A stretch of 64,000 nt of DNA, from assembly GCF_006345805.1 (NCBI RefSeq), contig NC_043011.1, positions 17,372,464 through 17,436,463 of the forward strand, written 5' to 3'. Below the pieces are notes generated by a model, which was not told the DNA's origin, did not search any database, and was given only the letters and a program-made list of their open reading frames with translations. Every line of letters starts with the position of its first letter. Positions within the stretch are counted from its first letter, which is position 1. The translations under genes and the position numbers were made by a program. Below are positions 12,170 through 25,154 of this stretch, piece by piece. This DNA comes from Octopus sinensis. Lineage: Eukaryota.

Positions 12170-14784
12170 CTGCAAAAATATAAACCATTTCACATGAGTT
12201 AGAATTCAGATTTGGAAGATAATTCGTTACATCAGTTGTATTATTTATAGAAAATCAGAGTCGAAGGGAAGTCAAATGTGAACGAGAGGCCGATATAAGT
12301 AGGTGGCAGATACTTTCGCAGCCAGTTGGACGGTTATATTTTCAATGGGTCTGGGGTAGGGTACAATGAATATTTTCTGCATTTTTGACTTCGAGAAAAA
12401 CAGTTATGAATGTTTACTACCTTGCAAAACCATACCAACTAAGCAAATGACCATCTCTAAATGTATTAAAAACACTATAACATATTCAGAACTCTATTTC
12501 AGAAAATTATTTCTGTTCTCTATGGACCTCTTAAAGACAAATTTAGGCTCGGCAAAAATAAGTGCGACAAAAGAAGGTAAATTTGCCTTTTTATTTCGCC
12601 AAATTTACAATTCAAAAAGTCTGACATACATCAATATCCCTCCTCAGACATCAGAAAGGTCAGAACTGGGGCGTAAAATAAAATAAAAAAAACGATAAAT
12701 GATATGAAATTAACGAAACTCCACTAAATCTTAGAACGCAGCATAAAATATTCTGTATAACTTCTTTAAGACCTACTGGAGTAGCTCTCTTCTTAATTTA
12801 TTTATGTATCATACAGTTAAAAAGAAGAAATAGTTGAAAGTATTCATTACTCATTCTGCCCCATTTATGACAATTTTTTTGAAAATTGTAAATTATCATA
12901 TTGGATATTAGTGTGGAACAAAATTGATTTGAAATTCAATAGAGAAAAGAATTTTTCATTCTGAAACACTAAAAGTTATCCAGATGGTTTTTATTTTATT
13001 AGGAACTTAAACTACCATTGTGTCAAATTTGATCAAAACTTTCTTGTGAAGAAAATACGCGTCACCTATGTTTCAAAATCTTTCAATCTCACCAACAACT
13101 ATGCTACCAACTTTTACTCCCAAAGATGATGCAACAGTGTAAAATGACAACGCAATACTTGCAATGCAATGATATCAAATATCAACCAAGTACAGATAAA
13201 ATAACAGGAAATCAAATGTTTGCTCCATTTACCCATTTTGCCCGATACATAGTCTCATGTACTTGTGAAAGTAACATCGATACAGTCCCAAAGATGGAAT
13301 CTTTTGCCTTTGACATTTGATCAAAGAGATGAGAGACAGAAGGGGCTCATAAGTTTATCTAAATATATTTACAGGAGATAAGAAAGAAAATCCTACTGTC
13401 TAGTTACCTAACAGCGTCTCTGAATTCCTGTGCCTACCCACAATTGCTCCACCAGCTCAGTTCCAGAAACTGGCACAGCTGAGTGTTAATGTTAAGTAAC
13501 ATACGATTCATATTGGTGAATGATATAAGTGTGACACTGATGATAAAGATAGTTACCGTGGTAAACGACATAAAAGCAATTAGTATTAAAGATACGGATG
13601 ATTGGAATAAGTGAGGAACATAGAAAGGATACATGAGGGCGACACTGGTGACTTATGAGTTACACTGGTGATATATGACTGACACTGTCTAGAGACATAG
13701 ATAGATTATTCGTGAGGGAGACACATACTTAATGTAGTACGTACACTCGTGACTGACAGATACAGAGACTGTTTTTATTTGTGGCGAGTAGAATGTAGTC
13801 AAGTGTATTTGGTATAGTCTTTATGTACTTCAATAATATGTAAAAGTGTTATACTTACGTTTTTAGAAAGAGTTTGTTGATGGTAAAGCGTGGGAAGTAT
13901 TTGACATCTCGATACAGGAACATGATTCAGTTGAGTGGCTCTTGGTAGATGTAGGAGTTCATTCAGCTTAGAGGAATTATGGAGCGATGCCTCTAACTAT
14001 AGTAACTTCAAAATCACAGTAATACCCAGGAGGAAAAGTTGACTGATGCAGTAAATTCAACATATGCACAGGCAGCATAGGTAGAGTTGATGGGAGGTGT
14101 GTATATCAGAGAAGAACAAGATACATGCAGTGGACTTAATGAATGCTAGAAGGAAAGAAGAAACTTTGCTAAACGGATTTCATTTTATTTTATACTTCAG
14201 AGACATTTAAAAATGTCGAAGTGCTTTACTTTGTAAATAGGATTTTCATAAATGTAATAATAATCTCATCAGAGATTATCCAAGAAATATGATAAACTCA
14301 TTTGAGCATACTAAGAATAGGAATGTAACATCAATGTTTGGATTTGTATAACGGAGAGGTTACTGTTGCCATGTCACAACAGTGATTATGAAAATTGTAT
14401 CACAGATTTAAACAATTGTCAAATACTTTTAAAACATGACAGCTATAAATTATATCAAGAGTATATTAACACAAAATATATAAGTTATTACATTATATAA
14501 AGTACGTTTTAATCATGACAATAAGATATATATGCATATGTGTAATAAGGTGATTCTAGGTAGAAAATTACTATGACGTAAAATGTTGTATGTAGTGTAT
14601 TCTGTGTAGGAGAAAACGTTTTTACTTAACTTATGATGTTAATTATGTGTATATGTTATAAAAATCAATGTACAAATCAAGACATAACATTAATTATAGT
14701 ATCTGAATTATTACATTAATAGTAGTGTGGAATTTACGACATGTTGCATACATACAAACATACATACATACATACATACATACA

Positions 14785-15020
14785 TACATCTGCGACTCCC
14801 TTCGGTCAGGACACAGACAATGGGATTGCACCTAGAAAGTTGCCCTTCCAGGCACAAGTCCAGGCAAGGTGGTTTATGGAAGACCAGCAGTCGCCCATGC
14901 ATACTGGCCTCCTCTCTTCACACCACCCGTGAACTAGAGGAAGGTGAAATAATGTGTCTTGCTCAAGAACACAATACACAGCCCGGTCCGGGATTCGAGC
15001 TCACAACCTCCCGATCGTAT
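14785..15020 (-). mobile_element. tRNA-derived SINE family C with (TGTA)n tail, internally deleted
   Basis: Homologous to 44022-44362. Minus strand has gagctcgaatcccgg (B-box-like) and gtgttcttgagcaagacac. It abuts (TACA)n. Confidence 0.7.
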
Positions 15021-15649
15021 TGCAAAAGTTAAAAGGTAGAAGGACACGAGCATGGTGACCTGGTTAAGTGGTTTGCTTTACATGCAACTCGTTTTTTATA
15101 GGATTGCAAAGAGGGGAACCCTGCGATAAATCATCCCTACAGAATGAACTCGGATTGACCAATACATTGTGTAAAATTTAGCCGACAGTTAATGCAGAAA
15201 GGATGATGCAGACATGGATTCCCTGCAACTATGCAAAAAGAAGAGGTAGTTATGACTGCAACGAGAACCAAATAGAGATTATTGAAACCTGCCATCTTAC
15301 GCAAGAAAGGCCACATTGAATTACAAGATCTGTATGTAAGACTAATAGAAAAAAGTTCCAGACTTTAAAAAGCAAGTACTGGAGTCGATGTGTTTCACTA
15401 AACCTTGCAAGGCGGTGACCCAGCAAGGCAACGACTCTGACGCTATAATGTCTGTTTACTTACTGCAGGGATTACAGGAGACACGTGTGCGAACATGAGC
15501 CAACGGGAGAGTCTGTATATGGTATGGTCGTTCGGCCTGATTGATTGCCAGTTTGATAGTGAAATCAGTTTCAAATTATAGCACATTCGTCTTAGAAATG
15601 ATACGTTGGATAACGTAGAGAGGGCAGTAACACACACACACACACGCAT

Positions 15650-15830
15650 TTTGTTCAGCTTGAACGTTAGTGTAAGATGTGACAGTGATTACGTTTACTC
15701 TTGCAATATTATAGATGGAAAAGAAAATAAATATCAGAGTTTAAAACTGACTCAGTAATAGTCACTAGTTACGGTAAGCTAAATGCTTCAAAGCAGCGTC
15801 TCGTCTTGGAGTTTCTGTCAAATGACTGAA
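15650..15830 (-). pseudogene. Possible remnant of the intervening MCT-like exon
   Basis: FSLP*LVTITESVL (15742-15765 core) resembles the MCT FGCRxVTIxGSVL motif and lies in the expected position. It is heavily decayed and the boundaries are uncertain. Confidence 0.3.
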
Positions 15831-15885
15831 ACTAGCAAATTATAAGGTACATAAAATTGACAATCTTGATATAATATTTCATTAC

Positions 15886-16132
15886 CAGCTAGCAAACTAA
15901 GGCCTCATAAGAGAGCTCCAATTAAGGAAAGTATTGATGCTGGTTCGTCAAAAATTCTTTCAAGGCCACGAAGAAATATTCCAGTAGAATTTGCCAAACT
16001 AACCACAATAAAAATGGTAAAGGCAGCAGCAATATAAATGATCCATTCCCAACCACTATCTTGTATCACTAGTTGCTTCAGGTAATTTTCTACATCTTTA
16101 ACAGCTGCTTAATGCTTTGTTGATTGGAACAT
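15886..16132 (-). pseudogene. SLC16/MCT-like monocarboxylate transporter, N-terminal exon (TM1-TM2), disabled
   Basis: MFQSTKH*AAVKDVENYLKQLVIQDSGWEWIIYIAAAFTIFIVVSLANSTGIFLRGLERIFDEPASILSLIGALL*GLSLLAG|gtaat. Contains the MCT DGGWGW-like motif and a phase-1 donor after LLAG. TGA at 15905-15907. Confidence 0.8.
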
Positions 16133-16259
16133 GTTTGGAATTAATTTACTAAAATTAGAATTAAAATTATTTTTGTGAATTTGTGTACATTTAGACTAAT
16201 TAAATATTATTTTACAGAATAGTAGAATTAAAATTTACTTGATTAAAACACTTCCAAAC

Positions 16260-17373
16260 ATGGAAGTATCCAAAGAACATTTAAGGCACATAATTCTTTA
16301 TGATTACAAAAAAGGAAACTCTGCAGCCAAAGCGACTCGAAACATACACTCAGTTTATGGGAAAGGATGCTTGAATGAAAGAATTTGCAGAAGATGGTTT
16401 GCAAAATTCAGAAGTGGAGGGTTCAGTCTTGAAGGTGAAGATCGAACAGGACGTCCAGTTGAGCTTGATGATAAGCTCCTGAAGGCATTACTTGAAGAAA
16501 ACCCTGTATTATCAGTTGAAGAACTAGCAATAAAGCTTATTTCAAAACATTCAACAGTGCATCGTCATCTTCAACAACTGGGAAAGGTTCCTAATCTTAG
16601 GAAAATGGGTGCCTCATGAATTGTCCGAAAACAACCGAAAATCCCGAGTTGACATCTGCTTTCCTCTCCATTCTCGCGAACACATTTCACCCTTTTTTTT
16701 ATATACTTGTGAGTGGTGACAAGAAATGAATCGGAATGTTAAATGTTGTAAACAGTAGCTTGGTAAAAGAGAAAAAGCTCAACCGCAACCGAGAAGGAAA
16801 CTTCATGGGAAAAAGGTTCTTCTCTCTATCCGGTAGGATTGCAAAGGAGTAATTCACTTTGAATTGTTATCACCTAATGCAACAATCAATGCTCAAGTCT
16901 ATTGTCAGCAATTAGAGCGTTTGAAACAAACTTTGAAGAAAAAAAGAGACGCTTTAGTGAATTGAAAAGGTGTGATGTTTCATCAGGACAATGCGCGACC
17001 CCACACTGCAAAGATTACGTCACAGAAGATCGAAGTGCTTGGCCGGGAAAAAATTCCTCATCAACCTTATTCTCCCAACCTTGCTCTTTCAGACTACCAT
17101 TTGTTTCGTAGTTTACAGCATCATTTAGGGGACATAACTTCCGCAAGTCAGGAGGAGGTCGAAACTATCATTTCAGAGTTCTTCGTTTTAAAACCAAAGA
17201 GTTTTAAATTGATGGGATTTAAAAAATTGTAAACAAATGGAAGGAAGTCATAGATAATCAGGGAAAGTATATTGATGATTAAATTTCAATTTAAAGTTCA
17301 TAATTCAATATAACATTTGATCACTTGTTTTCTTTATTCAAAATTCGGACAGAACTTATGGGATGACCTGATA
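16260..17373 (+). mobile_element. Degenerate mariner transposon (transposase 16260-17282 plus right TIR)
   Basis: MEVSKEHLRHIILYDYKKG...WFAKFRSG...GRP...[fs]KWVPHEL...FHQDNARPH...HQPYSPNLALSDYHLFRSL, with several stops and frameshifts. Right end aaattcggacagaacttatgggatgacctgaTA. Left TIR not found. Confidence 0.92.
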
Positions 17374-18122
17374 TTTATGTTTAATTAAGAGCATGAATTT
17401 TTTTAAAAAGTAGTACAAATGAATATTGATATAACAATATCAATAGTACAAATGAATATTCCTTCACGGAATAAATACTTGGTTTTTAAATGTTAACATA
17501 TTGGGAACACTGCTAAGTGGACTCTAACGCATATATCATGGACGAATTACATATGTGTCTAAAAGTATAATGATAGATATATTAAATTGATTTAGGTGTT
17601 TAGACATTAATTAATTTGATACCAACATACTTAAAATTTGGATAAAAGAATGAAATGCCAAACAAACAATCTTCTGAACAATTGTCTCATATTTATAGCA
17701 ATATCTTTGAAACACCAGATAAAAACGGATTATTTCACTAGATACCATTCTGTACTAAAGGCACCAATCTCAACTCAGCTTTACGGCAATTATTTTAAAT
17801 ATTCATTCTGATGAACGCAAAATGATTTCTTTTCTCATAATAGCACACCACATTCATTGGCACAAAGGTCAAAACATTCTCAGAAACCTTTGTGAATCAG
17901 TCTGTTTCTTGTTTATCTGACCAACTCACAAACTGAATACAATATGATCTGCCTCTGTATTTCCTAACAGCAAATCATTTTAGTCTTTACACAACCACCA
18001 TCTGTTGCCTTTAACTTATAAAGATCCTACCTCGTATATACATACATGATTATATACATATATGCATACATGCATACATACATACATACATACATACATA
18101 CATACATACATACATACATACA

Positions 18123-18672
18123 TGGTGGCTGCCCCCTCGTTATCGAGTATGGCCATTGCACAAAGCTTAATCAATGTTGTTATCATGCAATGCCTGTGCA
18201 AGATTTTTTTTAAAACAGTGGAAAGGCTGTGCACTGAGTCAATCCCACTCACTAAGCAACAGCAGTCATAATCCGAAAAGAAGAATAAGTCAACATCATC
18301 GGTAACCACTGAGCAGCAGGTTTTATATCAGAGTTATCCCAGTTACCCGAGTTACCTTCTCCTAGAAGGATGCCTTAACAAAGGCTAGGAGTCCTTCACT
18401 CCCAATGGTTTAACCGCGCGATCGGGTATTCAGTCCGATTATTTCTATGTCCCCGCGCATGATAAAGCCTCAAGGCATTTATTGGATGGCCGTTGACTCT
18501 CAAGAGTTCCTCCACCCTTTGACGGGTTTTGTTTTTCATCCCGCAGGGTGTCCAATAAACACCCTCCTCACTAAGCAAGCTTGGTGGGGTTGCCGGTTTA
18601 GTCGCCGACGAGCCGACCATGCAACAGGTTGTACTGGGTTACATGTTACCAGTAGCACTCGAAAGTGACCTG
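18123..18672 (-). mobile_element. ~550-bp non-coding retroposon-like element between two (TACA)n tracts
   Basis: GC-richer island bounded by (TACA)n on both sides. The minus strand contains tagccttt...tctaggagaaggtaactc...tctgatataaaacc, resembling RTE-type 5'-UTR motifs (from recall). Confidence 0.4.
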
Positions 18673-19730
18673 ACATATACATATACATACATACATACAT
18701 ACATACATACATACAAAATACTGGGATGAGTCTCACCCCAACTTAAGCATTTCTGCTGCTAAACAAGTTAGGCAACAAGCATCTTTCTTTCAGAAATGTA
18801 AATCGATTTTCTCAAAACATTGAGAGGTGGCCAAAATCTGCCAAAACGGAGATCGAAAATAGTGTAAACAAACCGCTGCCGTCATCATTAAATTCTCGTG
18901 TCTCTCCAAATGTAATCGAGTCAATAGAGACAGCTGTGGAATATATTTAACTTAGAAACATCTTGAAACTACAGTTCGCACAAAACTTGTACATATTTGA
19001 AACTATCGAGAAGAGACAAATCATTTCTTAACAATATTAAGAAAAAATTCCTACAGCTCAAATATTGAAATCATTTGGTGTTAATTACTGGAATGTTAAT
19101 AACCTCATATATACAGCTGCTATAACTTTTAAAGAACACAGAGGGGAACTCTGCAGTATACAAGTTAATAAAACAACTAAAAGGAATCAACCTAAATGAA
19201 AAAAATATCTTGAAGAAAACATCAACAATCTGTACCACCATATTGATTAATCACGATAATAAAAGGTAAGACGAATAATGAGTTTACACCTAATGAATTA
19301 TATCTTATGAATATATTAACAAAACTCTATGGTGACTCTTCACACCAAGCTCATGAGAACGCAGAATGCTGAGCGAAAATCTTCACAACCGGAGGCGAAT
19401 GTTTGAATGACCCTGTGTAAAACACATGTTTGATTCTAGTCTATAGGAATTATACAATGTCAATGATAATTGAGCAGTTGATAATAATTGAATAAATGTC
19501 TAAGTGACAATCTGGATAAGTTAAAGTTTTCAAAAAAAGAAATCACCCTACTAACTTACATATTACAAATACAAACTTAAGAAAGCATAAAAATACGCAA
19601 GACCTTCTCAAGTTTAAAATGTGACCCTCTTTTTCTTATCTACATACCAACGATGGAGCTTTGCATTTTTGTTAGAAATCAGCTCTTACCCCAGAGGAAT
19701 AATCTAAATAATTAAAATCAGAAGAGAAAA

Positions 19731-19980
19731 TATGAGGTAGTATCAAAAAGTTCCCGGACTAGTTCTGTGGCGCGCCAACAGATGGCGGAATACGGTTGCT
19801 TGAGCAGGGTGAGCTACCAGTGACCTTCATATACTCTCTTGGAAATATATCTGACACCGACTCCCTCTTTGGTGAAGTTATCTTACAGTTATTTTTTCTG
19901 TAGCTGTTCGGAATGGGCATCGTTTCCCATTGAACTGATGTTCTTGGAAGTAGTTTCAAAAACTGACTTCTGCAATGCTT
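19731..19980 (+). mobile_element. Mariner-like terminal fragment
   Basis: TAtgaggtagtatcaaaaagttcccggact resembles a mariner TIR. No partner TIR or transposase was seen. Confidence 0.4.
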
Positions 19981-20124
19981 CTATTATGACAAAGACTTAA
20001 ATCAAAGCATTTGCATCACGGGTGGACAACAGACCATCAGCATTGGAAACATTGCTACAGTTCTTTCCTACTCTTCTAAGATCAACAGCTCATATCTAAT
20101 TAAAATAATGAGTCAAACTACACT

Positions 20125-20411
20125 GTGGAGGCACATGGTCTAGTGGTTACAGCAGCGGACTCACGGTCGAGGGATAGCGGGGGCGATGTGTGTGTTTATG
20201 AGCGGAACACCTAAGCTTCATGCGGCTCCGGTAGAAGGTAATGGCCAACTTCTGCTGACTCTTTCGTCACAACTTTCTCTCACACTTTCCTCCTGCATCT
20301 TGCAGCTTACCTGGGACGGACCGGCCTCCTGTCCAGGTGGGGAACCTATACGCCACGGAAACTACGAAACCGGCCCTTATGAGCCAGGCATGGCTCGAGA
20401 AGGAACACACT
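20125..20411 (+). mobile_element. OR-like tRNA-derived SINE, tail type 1, with 12-bp TSD
   Basis: Head gtggaggcacatggtctagtggtta...gactcacggtcg. TSD tcaaactacact at 20113-20124 and 20412-20423. Confidence 0.85.
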
Positions 20412-21322
20412 TCAAACTACACTGCAAATATGTACAGCTGACTCCAATTTCTTTTATGCTCAAGTTTCTGGCACACACTGACCTGTAGATATTTAGGATG
20501 CATAACTCACTCTCTCTCTCTCTCTTATTCTTTCTCTCTCCCTCTCTCTCTCTCTCTTTCTCCTCATAAGCCAGTAGAAATAGTAAATACAATTACCTCA
20601 ACTGTCTACAGCCATTATTTTATTATCATTTTTCTTCGCGAGCATACAGTTGGTAAATATATAATTTACTTGTCACTGGAACCTAACATGGTGATTGGGC
20701 TTAATGAAGGCGTCCACATAGTTGTTTGATTAGCTATGAATAATAGTTTAGTCTTCTTCAAATCATGTTACCATCTTCGGAAAAATACAGTACTATTGGA
20801 TAATGTATCTCAAGAGACACTGAGTCTGACAAAGTACAATATAATGTAGCTAAACTAAATATTATTTCAGAGTATGCTATTTCGATCCAAGATGAAGCTG
20901 GAGTAAATAACGGTAACCACAAATATCCCTAGGTATCTTATAAGAGCTGGAAGGGTAGAGTTATTATGAAATAGTGTTCATGGAAGGTCTCTAATACTTA
21001 TTTTACAGACTTTCCATGAAACAGTAGAAAAAAGTAGAGTGAATGAGTTTATAGAAAAGAGTGGGCCAGAATAATAAATAAGATGTAAGAATTAATAAAT
21101 ACAAACGAAAGATGAAGAGAAACGAAAGGCCTTTTTTTTAAATCGGGTCTTTAGTCCCCCGTACCGTACGCCTGTACCTACATATATTATACGACACACA
21201 TCAAATAGCTGAGTTCACACATTTAAAATTTGAAAATCAAATAAAGTTCTTTGCATGGTATAGTAGGTATGTGATATATCTACAGCTAGTCTATCAATTA
21301 CGTGATCTATAATGTTTTACAT

Positions 21323-21634
21323 GTGGAGGCGCAATGGCCCAGTGGTTAGGGCAGCGGACTCGCGGTCGTAGGATCGCGGTTTCGATTCTTAGACCGGGTG
21401 TTGTGAGTGTTTATTGAGCGAAAACTCCTAAAAAGCTCCACGAGGCTCCGGCAGGGGGTGGGTGGGGTGATCCCTGCTATACTCTTTCACCACACTTTCT
21501 CTCACTCTTTCTTCTGTTGGCCTGCTCGCTTAGCCAGCGGAGTGGCGTCATTCGAAGGCTAAAACAATGCGAACGCATTGTGACCAGCGATGTGTAACAA
21601 CATCTGATGGTCTGGTTGGTCACGTGATCACGTG
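21323..21634 (+). mobile_element. OR-like tRNA-derived SINE, tail type 2, with 14-bp TSD
   Basis: Head ggcgcaatggcccagtggttagg...ggtttcgattc (A/B boxes). Tail (cacgtgat)2. TSD ataatg/cttttacat at 21309-21322 and 21635-21648. Confidence 0.9.
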
Positions 21635-22130
21635 ATAATCTTTTACATAGTAAAAAATGTTTCTATGCTGTAACTATTTTTCGATCCACAACGTTTATCA
21701 ATATCAAAATATTAGTTATTTAAATAGTTTCCCCAATTTTGCACAGAAACAGCACGACTAGAAGCAAATTAATATTAAAATTATATAAACCATTTTAGTG
21801 ACTCACCAAGGGGAGAATTCTCTGGATACTGGTGAGAGAGTTGAGATGCATTCGAGGGTATTTCTGGGTGTCAGAACCAATACATTTATTAAAAAAAAAA
21901 AACCAGCTAAAATTGTTGCTACTAAAATGAGACAAATTAACAGCTACAAAGTAGCATCAATCCAAAATTTGATATAAAGACTGAATTTTTCTCGCTTAAT
22001 TCCCAATAATTAAATGCAGAAACAAACGCATAATATATGTAGTGTGTAAATCTTATAATTATTATATAGGACAGAGACATAGTGAGAGAGAGAGAGAGGT
22101 AGAGAGAAGGAGAGATAGATAGAAGATAGA

Positions 22131-22164
<34 letters not shown>

Positions 22165-22899
22165 AGGACAATGAGAGAGAGATAGAAAGTAAATGCATGA
22201 GTGTGAGAAGAGAGAAATCCAGGATGAAAATAGGACACAGGAGTGTGAATACTTGTATAATTTAGCAAAGCGTGTTTTGTTTATTTTAGTACTACAATAT
22301 ATTTTTTAATACAACAGTATAAATAATTGCTGAAATGTGCAATAATTATACAATAACCTCAGCATTGATATTAGTAGTAGTAATATACAAATTTGTGCTA
22401 TCGTGTAATACACTGTGAAATATAAACCAATTCAATCTTTAAGTACAAGTGTATTTTCCTCTTATTTTCCAGTAAAAGCAGTCCACATTTGTGCTACTTC
22501 CTCTGTTCTAAGCGGATATATTTCAGTTACTCAATAGATTCCACTCAATATCTTATTAAGGACAATGTCATCCAGGCTCGTATTGCATTTCCCTACATTA
22601 TATCCGAAAGAAAATGATAGGGTTATTAGCAATAGGTTTGTTATTATATGACAAAATAAATTGGATTCTTTCGAGCAAAGCTTAAGAATATTTCATAAGG
22701 ACATTGGAACGAAAAGTGGATTCGAGAAGCATTATAATTTGAATTTGAATATCTTCACTCAACGAAAATATTCTTTACTGATGGTTTCTTTAATTTCTGT
22801 ACTTTTAGTTTTTCATTTCATTTAACTTTTCTTGTGATTCTCAGATATTTATTTACGTTTCGTCTAAAATTAATGATTTTATATTCTAATCCATTCAAG

Positions 22900-24900
22900 T
22901 TGTTTTTATGATTTTCTTTCCTTTCCTCTCTACCATAGCTCATTTCTTGAATACACGTCTTATACAAACGTCATTACGAAATGATCCTCAGGTTTGCACG
23001 ACAGAATCCAATTTATTTTGTTATATAATAATAAACCCATTTATAATAACCCTATCATTTTCTGCTGTATATCCTTTTAGGTTTTTTAGTGTAATCGAGA
23101 AAGAGATCGGTGCTGTTGCAAATATAATAGGATTGACGCAACAAATTTGAACAATTCTTCTAATCTGTGCCTCTGGTAACCTTCTCCTCCAGATATTAAC
23201 GCCAGAGTGAAAGTTTCCAATTGTCATTTAACCTTCTTTGAGATTTTGAACAGTTCTAGACGATGCTTCACCACCGACATTAGGACTTGATCATATACTT
23301 TACTATAGTTGATCCACTAGATGCATGAAATTGTCATTCTTTATTTACAATTCTTCAAGCCCATCAGGTCGATCGATATTTTCTCAATCATTCTCTTGTT
23401 CTTTTCACCAATAGCCATTCTGCTTATCAGGAATCAGATGCTTCTGATAAAAATATCGGTACACCGCTTCTGTAATCAATATGTTCAGGGTTTGCTTATA
23501 AGTAGTTGACATATAATTGATTAGAAATAGAAAGCAATGATTCTTTCCAATCTGTTTTAATACCAGGTAAAGTGCTCATTTTCCTTATCAGAAAGGTACA
23601 GTCTCCTTTTGACATAAATTTATTTAGCTGTGTAATTACGGTTTCAAGATGTGTAAAATCTGTCAACCACTAACTACGGACAATGTCTAGTGAAGCAGTT
23701 TTCCAGTTTCTTACTTTATTCAATTATTTTCGAATCTGCTTTCGGGATGAATCTGTATCTCAACATTTTCAGCACAATTTATTTCTATTTGCTTTACCCA
23801 TCGTCTCTATACATATAAACAGCAAAATGTCTGTCTGTGTGTGTGTCCTTTATACAAATCCATAATTTTTCAGTTAGAGGGTCATTCAAAACCGTCCAAG
23901 GTTGGTCGTACACATCTTTACATTTCCCCAGTCACCCCGCAAAGCCATTAAAAAATCAATAGAAGTGACATTTGGTGAATTTTCTATCCAAAGCCCAATC
24001 AAAATGCCTGAAACTTGATACGCCAATTGAATGCCAGCTAGCTGTATGTGATTGGTCGGAGATTTGGACGGTACTCGCATGTATGTGCGCACGCACGCAG
24101 CTATATATGCATGCACTAGCACTATGACCCGGGTCATAGTGCTTGTGTTTTATAAATGTGTCAAATATTTTCCCCAAATTTCTCCCCAAATAGCATACTT
24201 TAGTGTTCAATTTTAAGTTTTTTCTTTTGATTCTTACAATAATATCAAACAAATGGATTGATTTTAAAGAAAAAAAAAGCGATTATGCTTACATTAGTTT
24301 TTGTTTTTCCTATATAATTTCTAATTTAAGTATCTTGTCTTTTACTTTCTGCTTTAGCTCTCCGAATATTGTCCCAGATCCTATGCTTTTTACCAGATAC
24401 ATTCCCTTAATCTAATTTTCCCTCTTTCTTTCTTAAAATTTCCCAGATTCAACTGTACAAGTTCACTTATATCTTTCCTAAGCTTGCTAATATTTATTGA
24501 CACCAGTCTTTTCCACCACGATAATCTGCTAATCCTTTTTTAGCCCTTTCATTTTCTCTAACAATTTTTACAACAGCATTAACACTCCATAGTAGTGTGT
24601 TAGTGACATGAATGTTTTTTTACAGATAATTTGTATCAGTCACGCTGTTCACTTTTCGTATTATTTATTTTAAACTTTATTCGAGCCACTGTCCCCTACT
24701 TAATTGGTTCTAAGGCATCTCACTCCTTCCGTTTCTATTTCAATCTGTCAAGGATCTCTAGTTGACAGTCATTAAGGCTGTTTGCAATTACACTCTTGCA
24801 TGCTTCTATTTGCTTTTACTTCAACTTTGGTAATTATGTTCTGGTTAGCGACGAAAATATCATTTTCCTCATTTTCGAATCGGATGTTGGTAATCATAAG
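22900..24900 (-). mobile_element. Ancient R4/Dong-type RLE LINE (pre-RT and RT region), heavily decayed
   Basis: Minus-strand remnants SWWKRL...LRKDISEL, WGEIWG, RNWKTA, WINYSKVYDQV, in the same order as the intact copy at 36.1-37.3 kb. Confidence 0.6.
23806..24145 (+). mobile_element. Non-autonomous Helitron-like element nested in the old LINE
   Basis: 5' TCTATACATATAAA...tgtctgtctgtgtgtg; 3' palindrome agcactatgacccgggtcatagtgct, ending CTTG followed by T (CTRR-like end). Confidence 0.55.
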
Positions 24901-25154
24901 ATTAAGATCCGTTAGTTCTTATAATTATTTCTTGATCTCACTAAATTTTCTTCTTCTTCTTCTTCTCCTCCTCCTCCTCCTCCTCTACCACCATCAGTTC
25001 TTCCTCATTTTCACCCTCCTCTCAATACCCCTTCTTCCTCCTCTCAATAACCTCCTCCTCCTCTCAATACTCTCCTCTTTCTCCTCTCAATACCCTCCTC
25101 CTCCTCATCCCAGATTCTCCCCCTCCTGAATATATTATTATTATTATTATTATT

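Noticed and set aside
13860-14147. Minus-strand exon with good splice sites
   Set aside because: Stops in all frames and no MCT similarity.
17411-17460. 17-bp direct repeats around a small hairpin
   Set aside because: Possibly a repair footprint, but too short and AT-rich to interpret.
21323-21400. tRNA gene
   Set aside because: It has A/B boxes but no cloverleaf closure and continues into a SINE body bounded by a TSD; the other tRNA-like heads behave the same way.
21807-21863. 57-bp symmetric phase-1 minus-strand micro-exon upstream of the MCT exon
   Set aside because: It has AG/GT ends and an open frame, but a weak pyrimidine tract and no homology; chance is likely.
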